Source: a virus
IMG/VR virus record: IMGVR_UViG_3300019757_000007
Span: 1 to 64,000 of that record
Length of the DNA: 64,000 bases
Strand: one strand, 5' to 3'
This document shows positions 33,091-44,347 of this stretch, piece after piece. The notes below the pieces were generated by a model. That model ran no database searches. It was not told where the DNA came from and saw nothing but the letters and a program-made list of their open reading frames with translations. Position 1 is the first letter of the stretch, and each line of letters starts with the position of its first letter. The position numbers and the translations under genes were made by a program.

Positions 33091-33918
33091 TTAATCCTCT
33101 TTATTTTTAAATAACTCCTTAATTGCTATCGGAGCAAAGTTTGTATTTTCTATACTACAATTTCTAAAATTCCACCAACCAGCTTCAGGATGATCTTTAT
33201 CCTCTTGAACTATTCTACTATGAGTATGTCCATGAATATTATCAGATATTCCAAAATCTGGAGCCATTCCAAGTAAAGTTTCTATTCTAGGTTGAATAAC
33301 ATTATTTGGATTTTTAGTACGCTTAGTCCATTTCTCTTCTGTAATAGTAGCGGGATAATGACTAAATAAAATATTTTTCATATCTCCATTTACTTTTATC
33401 TGAAGATTCAATGAACTAAAAAGTTCGTCCTTACTTGCCGCAATTTCTAATCTAGAAGATGTTTCCCATTTATTCAATAATCTATAACTACCCCGAACTA
33501 CGTGTTCGCAATCTTTATAAACATGATCCCCTTTTCTATCATGATTCCCAAGAATCATGATAATTCTTCCATTTAATCTTGGAAGAATTTCCTGGATACC
33601 TTTCCAAGCAAAATCACCTAAACATAAAACTAGTTCGTCTGGTTGAACTTCAGTATTCCATCTATGAATTAACCATTCATTATGAATATCAGTAAGTCCT
33701 TTCATCTGTTCTTTTTTTTCTGGAAGTAGTTTTAATGTTTCTGGAATGAACCAATCATTCATATTTACTTCTTCCTTTAAAAAACCATCTTCTACCATCT
33801 GTTCCATTCTACATGATTCAAATCTTAAAATACCATCATGATTAAAATGTGGATCCGAACACACTTTTGTATTTTCATCTATTTCTGAAAATAAATGATA
33901 TAATTTATTTTTAAACAT
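33091..33918 (-). CDS. calcineurin-like metallophosphoesterase
   Basis: SDPH, LGD, GNHD, SHYP, HGHTH. Confidence 0.88.
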   Translation of the reverse strand: MFKNKLYHLFSEIDENTKVCSDPHFNHDGILRFESCRMEQMVEDGFLKEEVNMNDWFIPETLKLLPEKKEQMKGLTDIHNEWLIHRWNTEVQPDELVLCLGDFAWKGIQEILPRLNGRIIMILGNHDRKGDHVYKDCEHVVRGSYRLLNKWETSSRLEIAASKDELFSSLNLQIKVNGDMKNILFSHYPATITEEKWTKRTKNPNNVIQPRIETLLGMAPDFGISDNIHGHTHSRIVQEDKDHPEAGWWNFRNCSIENTNFAPIAIKELFKNKED

Positions 33919-34085
33919 TTTTATCCTTTTTTAATTTCTTTTATGACATATTTTATATGTTCTATTGGATGTAAAGTATAATATATCTGTCGAATAAAAA
34001 AAGATTTATAATTAAAGTTTTTTATATAATTATAGATATTCATTAAGAATTCCCCAATCCAGTACTTTTGTCTTTATTATCAAAT

Positions 34086-34967
34086 TCAAAGTTCTTCCTC
34101 CTTATAATCTTCATGTAATTCCATAATTATTCTTTGAGTCGATTCATTAAGTTTATTAATATCGAACCATTCTCCTGGATATTTAGTATTAGTAAAACCA
34201 TCCCATATTAATAATTGAATCCTATTTTTATTATGCTTGTCAAAATTAACCATAAGCATACCCTCTTTTTTTGGTAGATATTCTCCAAAGAAAACTCTCT
34301 CAGAATAAACAGTAGCTAAGTCTATAGGGGCTTTTTCTATTACATTCATTCCGATAGCCATATCTACAGCCGCTTCATAAGAAGTTGATTGAGCTTTAAT
34401 TATTTTCTTCTCTGCTATAAATTCTAAAAATTTTAATTCTTCTTGAGGATTACTCATTTTCTTTCTCCTATTTAATTTAACTTAGACTAAAGCTTCCTGC
34501 TTTTTTAGTCATGTTTAATTTAGTCGGACTAGCTTTCTTTTTTGCTAATTCGGCTAATCCAATTCCTTTATCTTCATATATCTGAGATATTCTATTATTC
34601 GAATCGATGGTCATCTTAGCATCCATACTATCCCACATATCATATAATTCTTGTTTTCTTTGTCTAGTCATAAGTATCCTTTAAAAATAAAACCATTTTT
34701 TTTATTCTCTTTTTTTAATGGGTTTCTATATTTTTTTAACTCAGTTCTATAAAATTCAGTATCTCCTTCATTTTTCCAAACAACAGACTCTAAATTTTTA
34801 ATATATTTTTGAGAAACAGCTCCATCTTTTTCTAATTGTTCAATTAACTCGATTATCTCAATGGCCTCTTCCATTTTAAGAGTCCCTTTATTTAATATAA
34901 AATCTTTATATTCGTCTAGTTTTTTAAAAATTATACTTAATTGTCCAAATGATAAACGTGTGTCCAT
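34086..34967 (-). CDS. three small hypothetical proteins (34086-34457, 34477-34671, 34668-34967)
   Basis: ORFs with RBS. Confidence 0.6.
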
Positions 34968-35015
34968 ACTTTTTCCTTAATAAGTAATCTCCTTTAAAAT
35001 AAAAATTAACCAAAC

Positions 35016-35207
35016 AAAAAATGATCCCGCACCACCTTTCAAGCAGTTAAGCTATTCATTAATGATAGTCCAGACCCTTACCTTAATCCTAGTACCTTGT
35101 GGGTAAGCTAGTTTCTTGTCCTGATTGAATCTCCATTATTGAATACCATAACTCTATCGAGATAGCCGGTAATCCGAATGTCGTGAAGTCTTTCATTCAC
35201 AATATTC
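35016..35207 (-). ncRNA. candidate structured non-coding RNA or leader (~190 nt)
   Basis: About 40% GC (hand count) in a very AT-rich context; directly downstream of promoter copy 3; four hand-foldable stems; ends in a U-tract. Confidence 0.55.
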
Positions 35208-35212
35208 TTTTA

Positions 35213-35256
35213 TTCGATTATAATATATCTATACTTTAGCTATGTTATTTTAAAGT
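35213..35256 (-). promoter_or_regulatory. conserved 44-bp phage promoter motif, copy 3
   Basis: Same motif as 1455-1498. Confidence 0.78.
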
Positions 35257-35260
35257 TAAT

Positions 35261-35824
35261 TTAAGCTTTTTTTTGCGAATATAACAACTGTTCTAATAAA
35301 AAAAGAGACGTTTCCGTACTTCTTAAAGCTCCAGGAATATCACTAAATTCATTAATAATTAAAGATTTAGCTACATCTAGACTTTCGCCTAACCAGTTAG
35401 TACCTCTCCAATTTCGTCTATCAAAAATTTTATCGTCGTTAACAGCCAGTCCAATTCCCCAAATTCTATCATAAGGACTAGCTTCTACAAAGAATCTATC
35501 TTTATGTTCTAATATTTGAGGTCTTAATTTATCGTTATTGAACTTAAGATAATTTCCAAGAATTACAACAGGCATTGCAATTTTTTCCCACTTTTCTTTA
35601 TTAAAATTCTTAACTTGTCTTCCAAACGCTTTAACTGCTTTTGGACTTCTTTCTTTAAGAATTTTTTCCATCATCTCTTTATCATCAAAACATTTAGCTT
35701 TATGGTACATCATAAAGTGTTCTGCGGTAAAGAAATTATTTCCTTCCCTATCTCTAAAAGGAGCATCTCCCCATTGAGAGAATATACTACCATAAAAAAA
35801 TACATGTGTGTCTGTAATTACCAT
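35261..35824 (-). CDS. NADAR (YbiA-like) family protein
   Basis: FSQW, TAEHFMMYHKA..F.D, KAFGRQVKNF, VEASPYDRIWGIG, GTNWLG. Confidence 0.92.
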   Translation of the reverse strand: MVITDTHVFFYGSIFSQWGDAPFRDREGNNFFTAEHFMMYHKAKCFDDKEMMEKILKERSPKAVKAFGRQVKNFNKEKWEKIAMPVVILGNYLKFNNDKLRPQILEHKDRFFVEASPYDRIWGIGLAVNDDKIFDRRNWRGTNWLGESLDVAKSLIINEFSDIPGALRSTETSLFLLEQLLYSQKKA

Positions 35825-36221
35825 TTAGTCTTCCTTTTCTTTTATTGCTTTTATCTCAGAATTAAGATTTTTTAATTCTAACATTCTTTCTTCTATTTCT
35901 TCATTAAGCTCTAATAGAACTTGAGAAGATTTCTGTAACTGTTTAGATACTTCTTCTACAGAAGCGTGTTGATTTTCTGGATTATCGACCTCTTCTGTTA
36001 ATCCAAATTCATGAACTTCTTTTAATTCAGACCCCTCTAACATATTAGAATTAATTTGATCCTCTTCTTTTAATTCAATACCTTTTACTTTATGAACTAC
36101 CATTTGAAAAGCCCCAATTAAATTAATGAATTCCTCTACTGAGTAATCGAACCGTTTTCCATCTAGAGTTCCACCAAACTTAGTTTTATCATTAGACATA
36201 TATACTTCTATATTCATTTTA

Positions 36222-36917
36222 TTATTCTCCTAAACCTATTATTTTTGATTGACCACTTATCGAAGTCTGATTACTTCTTGTTTCGGAATTATTAGCCATT
36301 ATATTACTTTGACCACTTGTTGATAACCCATTGTTTTCTATATTACAATTATTAAATAATATAGCACTTTGTCCTGATGAATCTAGTCTAGTAAACTTAA
36401 CAAGACTATCCGAGATAGTAATATTACTTTGTCCAGATGTTCTAACAGTACAATGAGTTATCTTTCTATTTTTTATATCAATTTTACTTTGACCTTGGGC
36501 TCTAATTTTACCAATAATGATATCAGTATCTTTTAGATAATATGTTTTTGATTTATTCATATCCATATTATTAACAACAGAACCATTATTTATAGTAACC
36601 CCATTAATAGTAATTGTCGAATTTATATTATTATCTCCAATTATTTGAGTAATATTATAAGCTTCTGGATTCTCGGCTTCCTCAACATCTAATTCCAAAG
36701 ATAAAACTTGTTCTTTTACTCTTGGAATATAAGGCCCAAATACTTTTAACTCTCTTACATTTAATTCTATATGACAACCCGATCCAATATTAATACTAAC
36801 GAATTCGTCTAAAGTATTATTTGATTTAGCTACCTTTTCATCTGAAGTTGAATTTAAAGCTTCTTGGATTTTTCCAGTTAAATTAAAATTCTTTTCTTGT
36901 CTATCTCTAAAACTCAT
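36222..36917 (-). CDS. beta-solenoid protein with SGQS repeats (DUF2807/GIN-like)
   Basis: Five (S/Q)GQS(N/K/A)I repeats at ~19-aa spacing. Confidence 0.55.
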   Translation of the reverse strand: MSFRDRQEKNFNLTGKIQEALNSTSDEKVAKSNNTLDEFVSINIGSGCHIELNVRELKVFGPYIPRVKEQVLSLELDVEEAENPEAYNITQIIGDNNINSTITINGVTINNGSVVNNMDMNKSKTYYLKDTDIIIGKIRAQGQSKIDIKNRKITHCTVRTSGQSNITISDSLVKFTRLDSSGQSAILFNNCNIENNGLSTSGQSNIMANNSETRSNQTSISGQSKIIGLGE

Positions 36918-37149
36918 TTTATTCCCCCTTTAAGTTTAAATATACGTTATACTTATAATTTTATAATCTTGATTTTTTATTTTTTTATCAAGATTAAATT
37001 TTTTTATGAATTTAGCTTCGGCTTCTTCAAACATATTTTCTCTATTTTTTATAAGTACTTCTATAACTTCTACTTCTCCAATTTTCCAAAGGGAAGATTT
37101 ATCTTTAATATTATATTTAAAAATAAAATCTTCTAAATCTCCTTGATTT

Positions 37150-37527
37150 TTAGACATTGGTTGTAGTTTCGTACCATAAAATATCTTCCGCACCAAATTC
37201 TGGGTTAATCCCTTTATTTGGCTCGAATCCATATTTAGTACAAAGTGCTCTCATTGCATTGCTAGGATTTGGAACTAAGATACTGTATCCTAAAGATTCT
37301 ATAGTTTTAAATAAATTCCAAGTATTTCCTTGTCTTGGGAATTTGCTTGTAATTAACGAGATAATAATATGTTTATTTTCATTTTCTTTTACTTCCGGTC
37401 TCCATAAATAACCATGAAATAACCCTTCTGTAAAACCTATTTTATTAGCAAAATCGTCCCCTAATGTTATCATTCCTTTTTCTTTACTACCTGGTACTTC
37501 TTCAAACTTTATTAAATTATCAAACAT
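37150..37527 (-). CDS. GNAT-like acetyltransferase (divergent)
   Basis: ISLITSKFPRQG and NAMRALCTKYGF resemble GNAT motifs A and B. Confidence 0.45.
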   Translation of the reverse strand: MFDNLIKFEEVPGSKEKGMITLGDDFANKIGFTEGLFHGYLWRPEVKENENKHIIISLITSKFPRQGNTWNLFKTIESLGYSILVPNPSNAMRALCTKYGFEPNKGINPEFGAEDILWYETTTNV

Positions 37528-38230
37528 TATTTTTCCTTATTTTTATTGTACTATAATAACTATTCTATATTGCCAATTTCCCCAAATCTCTTCTAAAGAA
37601 ACGTAAGGATAATCGCACCAATGACCATATTCATCTTCTTGTTTTTGAATTTCATATTCTAAACCATGTTCATCTACATAACTTTTAAACTCTTCTAATT
37701 TTTCTTTTTGTATAGAAGTCATTTTAAGATTCCGTCTTTTCTTGTACTTCCGATACATTGATATCAGTTACTTGGTAACAATCACTATCAGTCCATCTAT
37801 CATATGATATATTAGCAATAGCAGTTCCACTAATAGAAACAGTACAAAATTGATTATCTTTTTCTACAGTAAATGTTTCCCACCAATTAACATTAGTACT
37901 ATGATCCGTTTTATCTTCATCCGAATCAATAGGATTATATTTATAACCAGCTTTTGTAAAAACCATATTTAATTCAGCTTCGTCTAAATCAACATCATCT
38001 ATAATTTTTTCAATATCAGCTTTTAACATTTAAGATTCCTTCTTTTCCTGTAATGTGTAATAACATAAGTATCCAAAAGCCAAACTTAAGAATACTCCTT
38101 GACCAAACCCCATATTTACCGGATGTATTAATCCTGAGAAAAATAAAGAACCACCCATAAAATTACTTAGGTTATGGGATTTTTTATAATCTGGAATTAT
38201 TAAATTCATTTTTTTCCTTTATCTAATAAC

Positions 38231-38250
38231 TAGCTCTCTATAGCCAGCTA
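38231..38250. repeat. AGCT-rich dispersed repeat
   Basis: TAGCTCTCTATAGCCAGCTA. Confidence 0.75.
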
Positions 38251-38541
38251 TCCTATTTTATTCGTCTATAACTTCACATTCATCTATATTTTCAGTATCC
38301 AATAAAGAATCAATAATTTTCTGTAAGTCTTCATTTGCTACAGTATCTCCAGTTTTTGAATGATATATAGCACAACTACCTTCTCCATCCTGACCATAAA
38401 TTTCACACTCTTGCATCCATCCACAGATAGAATTCCAATCATATCCTAATGTTTCACCATGACTATTTATATCGCTTGAATCACATGTCCAATTTTGCTC
38501 TAATGCCATTTTATATCCTTTTTAATTTAATTTATTTTTAT

Positions 38542-38573
38542 TTAGCTGGTAGCTAGCTATCTATAGCCAGCTA
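38542..38573. repeat. AGCT-rich dispersed repeat
   Basis: TAGCTGGTAGCTAGCTATCTATAGCCAGCTA. Confidence 0.75.
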
Positions 38574-38796
38574 CTCTATTTTTAATTCCAGTTATCTATA
38601 ACTTTAGATAAATCATCTCTTAACTCTACTATAGAATCAATAGGAAGAACTCCTACTAAATCCATAATTTCGTAGCTAAGATCATCTATCTTTTCATCTA
38701 ATTCTTCATTAGAAGAGTATTCTATAGTCATAACATCCTCTAATACCAAACACTTATCGTTTTCTTTTACTATAGGAAGAACTTTTATTACTCCCA

Positions 38797-39834
38797 TTAT
38801 AAACCTTTTCTTTTTCCTATCTCTAGAAAACATTTATTGATAGTACTCATTAAATGCAAGTTAGGGAATTTTTTAAGATCTATATCTTGATAGTTTTCAT
38901 GAACAATATTCTTAACATCTAAATGAAAAGGACCTTCTTTGATTCTATCAAAAATAAAATCATAATCTAAAGTCATATCATTTTTAGTAACGTCTAAAAT
39001 ATTTTTATAGTATTGACCAAGAGTTGGATCATTCATAACGTTTGATAATAAAAGATTTATTTTTTCTGGAGTAAGTAATTCTACTGATTGAATTAAATAA
39101 GTAATTAATTCAAGTATGTACTCTTCATTGTTATTAGTACTTTTAAATTCTCCAATACCACCGAGAGTTTTAACTCCATTTACTTCACTTATATTAATCT
39201 CTAAATTGTTTACTAAATCTCTTAAACCTTTAGCAATATTTTTATAAGTAAATTCCCATACTTTTTCTTTATCATATTTAACTTCTTCTTTATCAAGAAT
39301 ACCTAAAAGATAAGCAAAAGCGGTTTCAGGTTGAATCTCTTTAAAATTTAATCTAAAATTAAATCTAGTTTTTAAAGCTTTATCTAATCCTTCGACTCTA
39401 TTTGTATTAGCAATAAAAGTAGTATTATGTTGATACTTCTCCATAAGATCTACTTTTAACATTGTTTGAGCTTCTTTACTTAATTTATCAGCTTCTTCAA
39501 TAAGTACGACTCTTTGATGACTTTTACCTTTACCTGGAACTAACCAAGCTTTTAATTCTTCGATATCATTAACACCTTTACCAACCATATGATAATCTTT
39601 AGGTTCTAATAAAAGCGCTGCTTTTAAGATATCCGCTAATGATGATTTACCAAAGCCACCAGGTCCATAATTTAATATATTTCCAGGTACATTTTTATTT
39701 TGAACCATACTTACAAATTTTTTCTTAATCTCTTCCGGAGACATTTCTTCTTCATTTAATATATTTGGAAAGATTAAATCATCCATTATTTTAGGTTGAT
39801 GTTTTTTATACCAGGCTCTATTATCTACTTGCAT
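38797..39834 (-). CDS. sliding-clamp loader AAA+ subunit (RFC small/T4 gp44-like)
   Basis: WYKKHQP, Walker A GPGGFGKS, Walker B IEEAD, ALKTRF, LRDLVN. Confidence 0.88.
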   Translation of the reverse strand: MQVDNRAWYKKHQPKIMDDLIFPNILNEEEMSPEEIKKKFVSMVQNKNVPGNILNYGPGGFGKSSLADILKAALLLEPKDYHMVGKGVNDIEELKAWLVPGKGKSHQRVVLIEEADKLSKEAQTMLKVDLMEKYQHNTTFIANTNRVEGLDKALKTRFNFRLNFKEIQPETAFAYLLGILDKEEVKYDKEKVWEFTYKNIAKGLRDLVNNLEINISEVNGVKTLGGIGEFKSTNNNEEYILELITYLIQSVELLTPEKINLLLSNVMNDPTLGQYYKNILDVTKNDMTLDYDFIFDRIKEGPFHLDVKNIVHENYQDIDLKKFPNLHLMSTINKCFLEIGKRKGL

Positions 39835-41613
39835 TATTTTCCCTTTTAATTCTTTTTATAACTTTTAATATAGTATCTTGATTTTCTTGATAATCTAAAT
39901 CATTTACTTCGCACGTTTTTATATAATATTGACTCTTATATAAAGTTAACTTTTCTTTTAGTACTACTAATAAATCTTTTGCTGATATTTTTTTAGATCT
40001 TTCTGTGTTGAAATAATCTAATTTCATTCTGGTAAAATTTTTATTAAAACCATAAATATTAAAGTTATATAAACTTTTTCTTTTATCTGTTTTCTTTAGC
40101 ATATATATATTATATAGACGCCCATCTTCACCGTTATTAATATAAAAAGTTACCTCCGGATAATTGATTTTATTTTCTTCGCTTTTGTCAGAATCCATTT
40201 TTTCCCCTTTCTCCATAATAAAGTTAATGGTAAAAAATACAATTTAGTACTAAAAATAATTTGGGCTTTAGTTACTTCCCAAGTAATTTTTGATTCTGGG
40301 TTATAACGTCTTACGAATCGACCATACTTACTTTGATCACCATCTTTTATTAACCATTTATAAATTTTTAGAATATTTTCTTTTATTTTCATGTATCGAA
40401 TCCCCCAAAAAAATCAACTATATTGTCTTCATACCCATATTTTTTAATTAAAAAAGTCATAGCTAATGTATAGTCTTCATAATCATCTCCAATATTTTTT
40501 GTATCAAACCCAAAGATATTAGCTATTAATGGTAATACATGCCATAAATCCCAAGAACTATTTCTACAATAAATTAAAAAATCTTTCGGTTCTTTTAATT
40601 CTTTAATAGTATCTATTTCTTTTCGATCCATTTTTTCCTTAAAAAATTTCTGTTTTCTCTTATACTCATTTATAAAAAAGTTTATATGAACACTAACTGA
40701 TTTATCTATATCAATATCCTTATTATAAATACAACCAGTTTTTTTATCAACTACCATTTTTAAAAAAGATTCTAGTGTAGGATACTTATTTAATAATTCA
40801 GGAACTTCCTCTTCCAATCTACTATATTGATAGCTATCCAAAGAAGATAACCGAATTTCATTATTTATCATTTTTTCCCCTTATTTTTCTTAATTAATTT
40901 TCTAATACATTTAGCATTTTTTAAAGTACCTTTATTGATAATACTCTTCGCAAATATTTCCTCATTAATTACTTTTAAGAATCTATATTTATATAACTCT
41001 ATTGTCTTTGGAATAGAGATTTTTTTATCATCTTTAATAAAAAAACCACGCAATAAAAAAGTTCTTATATTTAATAAATGTTTTAAAGACAAAGAACTTA
41101 TTTTTTTAACTTTTCTTTTTCCATCTATCCAACATTTATTTTGGCATGCGACTGATACTAAAATTAATGGATACCTAGAACCCTCTCCTAACTTTATAAA
41201 GTTAGGAGAGATAATTTTTTCTTGTTCTAATATCATATTACCTCTTTTATAATTTAGATATTCTATCCTGATAAGATCTATTTTTAGCTAGAAAATAATC
41301 CGCTATTATTTGAAAGTTAATTATTTTTTTAACTTTTACTTCTTCATCTTCCTCGATATTATCTATTAAAGTATCTCTTAATTTATTTATATAAATATAT
41401 AAATCATTACAGAATAAATATTGTTTTATATATACTTCTCTTAACGTTCCAGTACTTAAACAATTATTATGAAACTCCCGTTTTATAAAAGAATCGATTT
41501 TATTTTCAATAGTATTACTATTAATACCTGCTCGCTTTATATTAATAATACTATCTAGTAATAATAAGTGACTACCGTCTAAATTTCTTGAAGAATGTTC
41601 CATTATTAACCCT

Positions 41614-43029
41614 TTATAAGTCTAATTTTTTTTCAGCAGTATCTCTTAGAATACAACTACCACATTTACCACACTTTTCTCCATTTATCGGATAGTAACA
41701 ACTAAACGATAATTCTAATAATTTTTCTAAAGTACTTTCTCTGAATTCATTTTTGAAATCTTTAAGAGTATTAGTCTTAGTGCGATTCATATAAGGAGAA
41801 ATAATTTGAGTATTTTGATAAAACTTACCACCAGCATTTAACATCTGTTCAGTACATTCAACCCACTTACTATTATTATCTCCAAATACCATTCCTTCCG
41901 AAAGATTTAAACCAAGTACGATAATATTATTATCTCCTCGTTTTCCTTCTTTCTGCATAGTAGCATTTAAAGCCATACAAAATAAAGTATTTCTATATGG
42001 AACATAAGATATATTTTCTTCTGTTTCTCTAGCATCTCCAACCGCATCTTTGTCAGCTATTTTTAAATAATCTCCAGAAATATTAGAAAATCCTTTGATC
42101 ATATCACTAGCTTCTACCACTCTTAATTCTATAGATAATTCTGGAAACTTCCCTATATAAAAACCAAGTAATCTTTGACAAGCTTCTATTTCCACTTTAC
42201 TAGCATTAGTACCATAATCAAAATAAGTTAAAATAACTTTTTGCTTCCCAATATCTTTATTATCCAAAGATCTATTTGATCTACTTTCTAATTTAGCCAG
42301 AATATAATAAGCACTCATGCTTATATCCATACCAGCACTAAAAGCAATATTTACAGTATCAATTCTCTTTCTAGTACTACTTGTAATTACTTGATTCTTT
42401 TCATTATCAAAATTAGAACATTGTTTTACTTGAACTTCATTTACTTCTTTTTCCCAAAGACCCATACCTTTATCATAAGCTTTTATACCATCAGTTGGAT
42501 AATCCATATCAAATACAAAATATGTAAATAGACCTTCTAGATTATCTATTTCTGATTCATTAATATATTTAAATAATTCAGTATCCACTGAAATATCTAT
42601 ACCATTTGGAAACTTTTTAGAACGATTATTTAATTCCCTAATATTATTAAGTACCTCTTTATCATTACTAATAGTACCATGAACCCAATAATATTGAGCC
42701 ATTCCTTTATTCCAATATGGTGGAATTAATACATTGTTTGCTTCCTCCTCTGGAATTTGTCTACTAAACCATACCATAGTAATACCTTCATCTGGATGAT
42801 GAATATTTATAAAATCCTTTAATATAGAAACATCTTGAATAAAGGTTTCTTCATCTTTTGATCTAATAATTAATGGTTCATGTTCAGCCATTTCTCCAAC
42901 TACAAATAAACTGTACTCATCCGATCCTTTAACATTTAAAGTATCTATCGTACTAGCTATATTTCCGGATAAAGATGCTCTTAAAGCATCATCTTGATTT
43001 TTATAATATTTACTTACTATTTGACACAT
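41614..43029 (-). CDS. queC: Gat-QueC fusion: Ntn glutamine amidotransferase plus preQ0 synthase
   Basis: N-terminal MC, HGTISN and DTE Ntn motifs; QueC motifs FSAGMD, FDYG, YVPYRN, SCY...CGKCGSC. Confidence 0.88.
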   Translation of the reverse strand: MCQIVSKYYKNQDDALRASLSGNIASTIDTLNVKGSDEYSLFVVGEMAEHEPLIIRSKDEETFIQDVSILKDFINIHHPDEGITMVWFSRQIPEEEANNVLIPPYWNKGMAQYYWVHGTISNDKEVLNNIRELNNRSKKFPNGIDISVDTELFKYINESEIDNLEGLFTYFVFDMDYPTDGIKAYDKGMGLWEKEVNEVQVKQCSNFDNEKNQVITSSTRKRIDTVNIAFSAGMDISMSAYYILAKLESRSNRSLDNKDIGKQKVILTYFDYGTNASKVEIEACQRLLGFYIGKFPELSIELRVVEASDMIKGFSNISGDYLKIADKDAVGDARETEENISYVPYRNTLFCMALNATMQKEGKRGDNNIIVLGLNLSEGMVFGDNNSKWVECTEQMLNAGGKFYQNTQIISPYMNRTKTNTLKDFKNEFRESTLEKLLELSFSCYYPINGEKCGKCGSCILRDTAEKKLDL

Positions 43030-43240
43030 TACATTTTTTCCTTATCTTGTTTATATTTTTTTATTAATCTCTTTGTCATATTTGGAGAAACATTATTATT
43101 TCTACAATAATACCTTATATTTTCTTCCTGTATATTAAATTTTCCAGATAGAATTTCTATATGAGTATCCATTCTTACTTTAGAATATGAACGGGGCATA
43201 ATTGACCTTTTTTAATTTAATTTTTCTTTATAATAAAAAA

Positions 43241-43265
43241 AATAAAAGCCGAAGCTTTTATTTTT
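43241..43265 (-). terminator. intrinsic terminator
   Basis: AATAAAAGC-TTCG-GCTTTTATT hairpin followed by a T-tract on the minus strand. Confidence 0.75.
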
Positions 43266-43273
43266 AACTTAAG

Positions 43274-44287
43274 CTATTTACCAGCTTTAACTTTTTTCAT
43301 TTCGTCTTCTTCGATGTACTCAAATTCATCCCAACCTAAGTTTTCTTCATCTTCCATAAATTGAGCAGCGCCTTCCCAACCAAGTAAATCACTTTCCTCA
43401 GCTAAATCTGGAGCAGCATCTGCAATACAAGTCGCTAGCATTCTCATACCTTGATTCTTGATTACATCTTTACTTCTTTTACTAATCTTTTTAGAAGCTT
43501 TACCAATAAGTAATGCTCTCGAAGAGATTGTTGGAATATTAATTAACTTTCCATTCACTTTATATGAAACCACTGCTGGTTCAAAGAATGGTGCTCTCAT
43601 AGCGATAGCTGCATGATTCATTTCAACTAGCATATATTTACCACTATTTAAAATCTTTTGAGCATCAGCAAATGGTGAACTACCAACTAACATAATAGGT
43701 TTACCGGAATTGATCATACTTCCAACATCAGCCATAACTTTTAATCTAAAATTTAAACCTAATTTATTACTTAAAGCTTTTGCAACTACACTTGAACCAG
43801 AGTTACTTACGATTATCTGATCTTTTAATGTATTGATATCTAAAGTTACTGGTTGAACATTTCCAATTGCATTATTAAATTTATCTCCTAGCATTGAGAA
43901 CATATCAGCATCTGGATTTTCTGGTTTATATCCAAATGGAATAAATATATTTACTGGCTCTTTATCTAAGTAAGCAATTACTTTCAATTTTTTATCGTTG
44001 ATTTTTGAATTCTCAGAAGCTAAAACCATCAGAGTTGCAATATCGGTCATACCAATTCTATACTTCTTAGTCATAAGACCATCAATATTATCAACCGCAC
44101 CAGTCGCTTCAGTTGAAATATAATCATCTCTATTAATATCTGTATTTGGACAGTACTCTAAAATTTCAGTTGCATATTTAATATACGTTCCAGTTGGTTT
44201 ACCTGTTCCCCATATTCTATTTTTTGCTCCGAAAGCACTTACACTTAATAACATAACACTTAGTGCTAATAATAATAATTTTTTCAT
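43274..44287 (-). CDS. TAXI-family TRAP solute-binding-like protein with signal peptide
   Basis: Signal peptide; TGKPTGTY, TGAVDNI and LDKEPV motifs. Confidence 0.7.
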   Translation of the reverse strand: MKKLLLLALSVMLLSVSAFGAKNRIWGTGKPTGTYIKYATEILEYCPNTDINRDDYISTEATGAVDNIDGLMTKKYRIGMTDIATLMVLASENSKINDKKLKVIAYLDKEPVNIFIPFGYKPENPDADMFSMLGDKFNNAIGNVQPVTLDINTLKDQIIVSNSGSSVVAKALSNKLGLNFRLKVMADVGSMINSGKPIMLVGSSPFADAQKILNSGKYMLVEMNHAAIAMRAPFFEPAVVSYKVNGKLINIPTISSRALLIGKASKKISKRSKDVIKNQGMRMLATCIADAAPDLAEESDLLGWEGAAQFMEDEENLGWDEFEYIEEDEMKKVKAGK

Positions 44288-44347
44288 TTTTTTCCTTTTT
44301 TAATTTAACTAAGCTAAGCTGCTTAGCTTAAGACAGTTGTTCTAAGT

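Noticed and set aside
35016-35207. Assignment to SRP RNA, 6S RNA, tmRNA, hammerhead or a preQ1/glycine riboswitch
   Set aside because: Only partial resemblances (e.g. CAGG..GAAA..AGC); the diagnostic cores could not be matched.
38030-38209. Apparent pseudogene in an unannotated gap
   Set aside because: Re-reading gives an intact ~59-aa ORF (MNLIIPDYKKSH...) just below the ORF-track cutoff.
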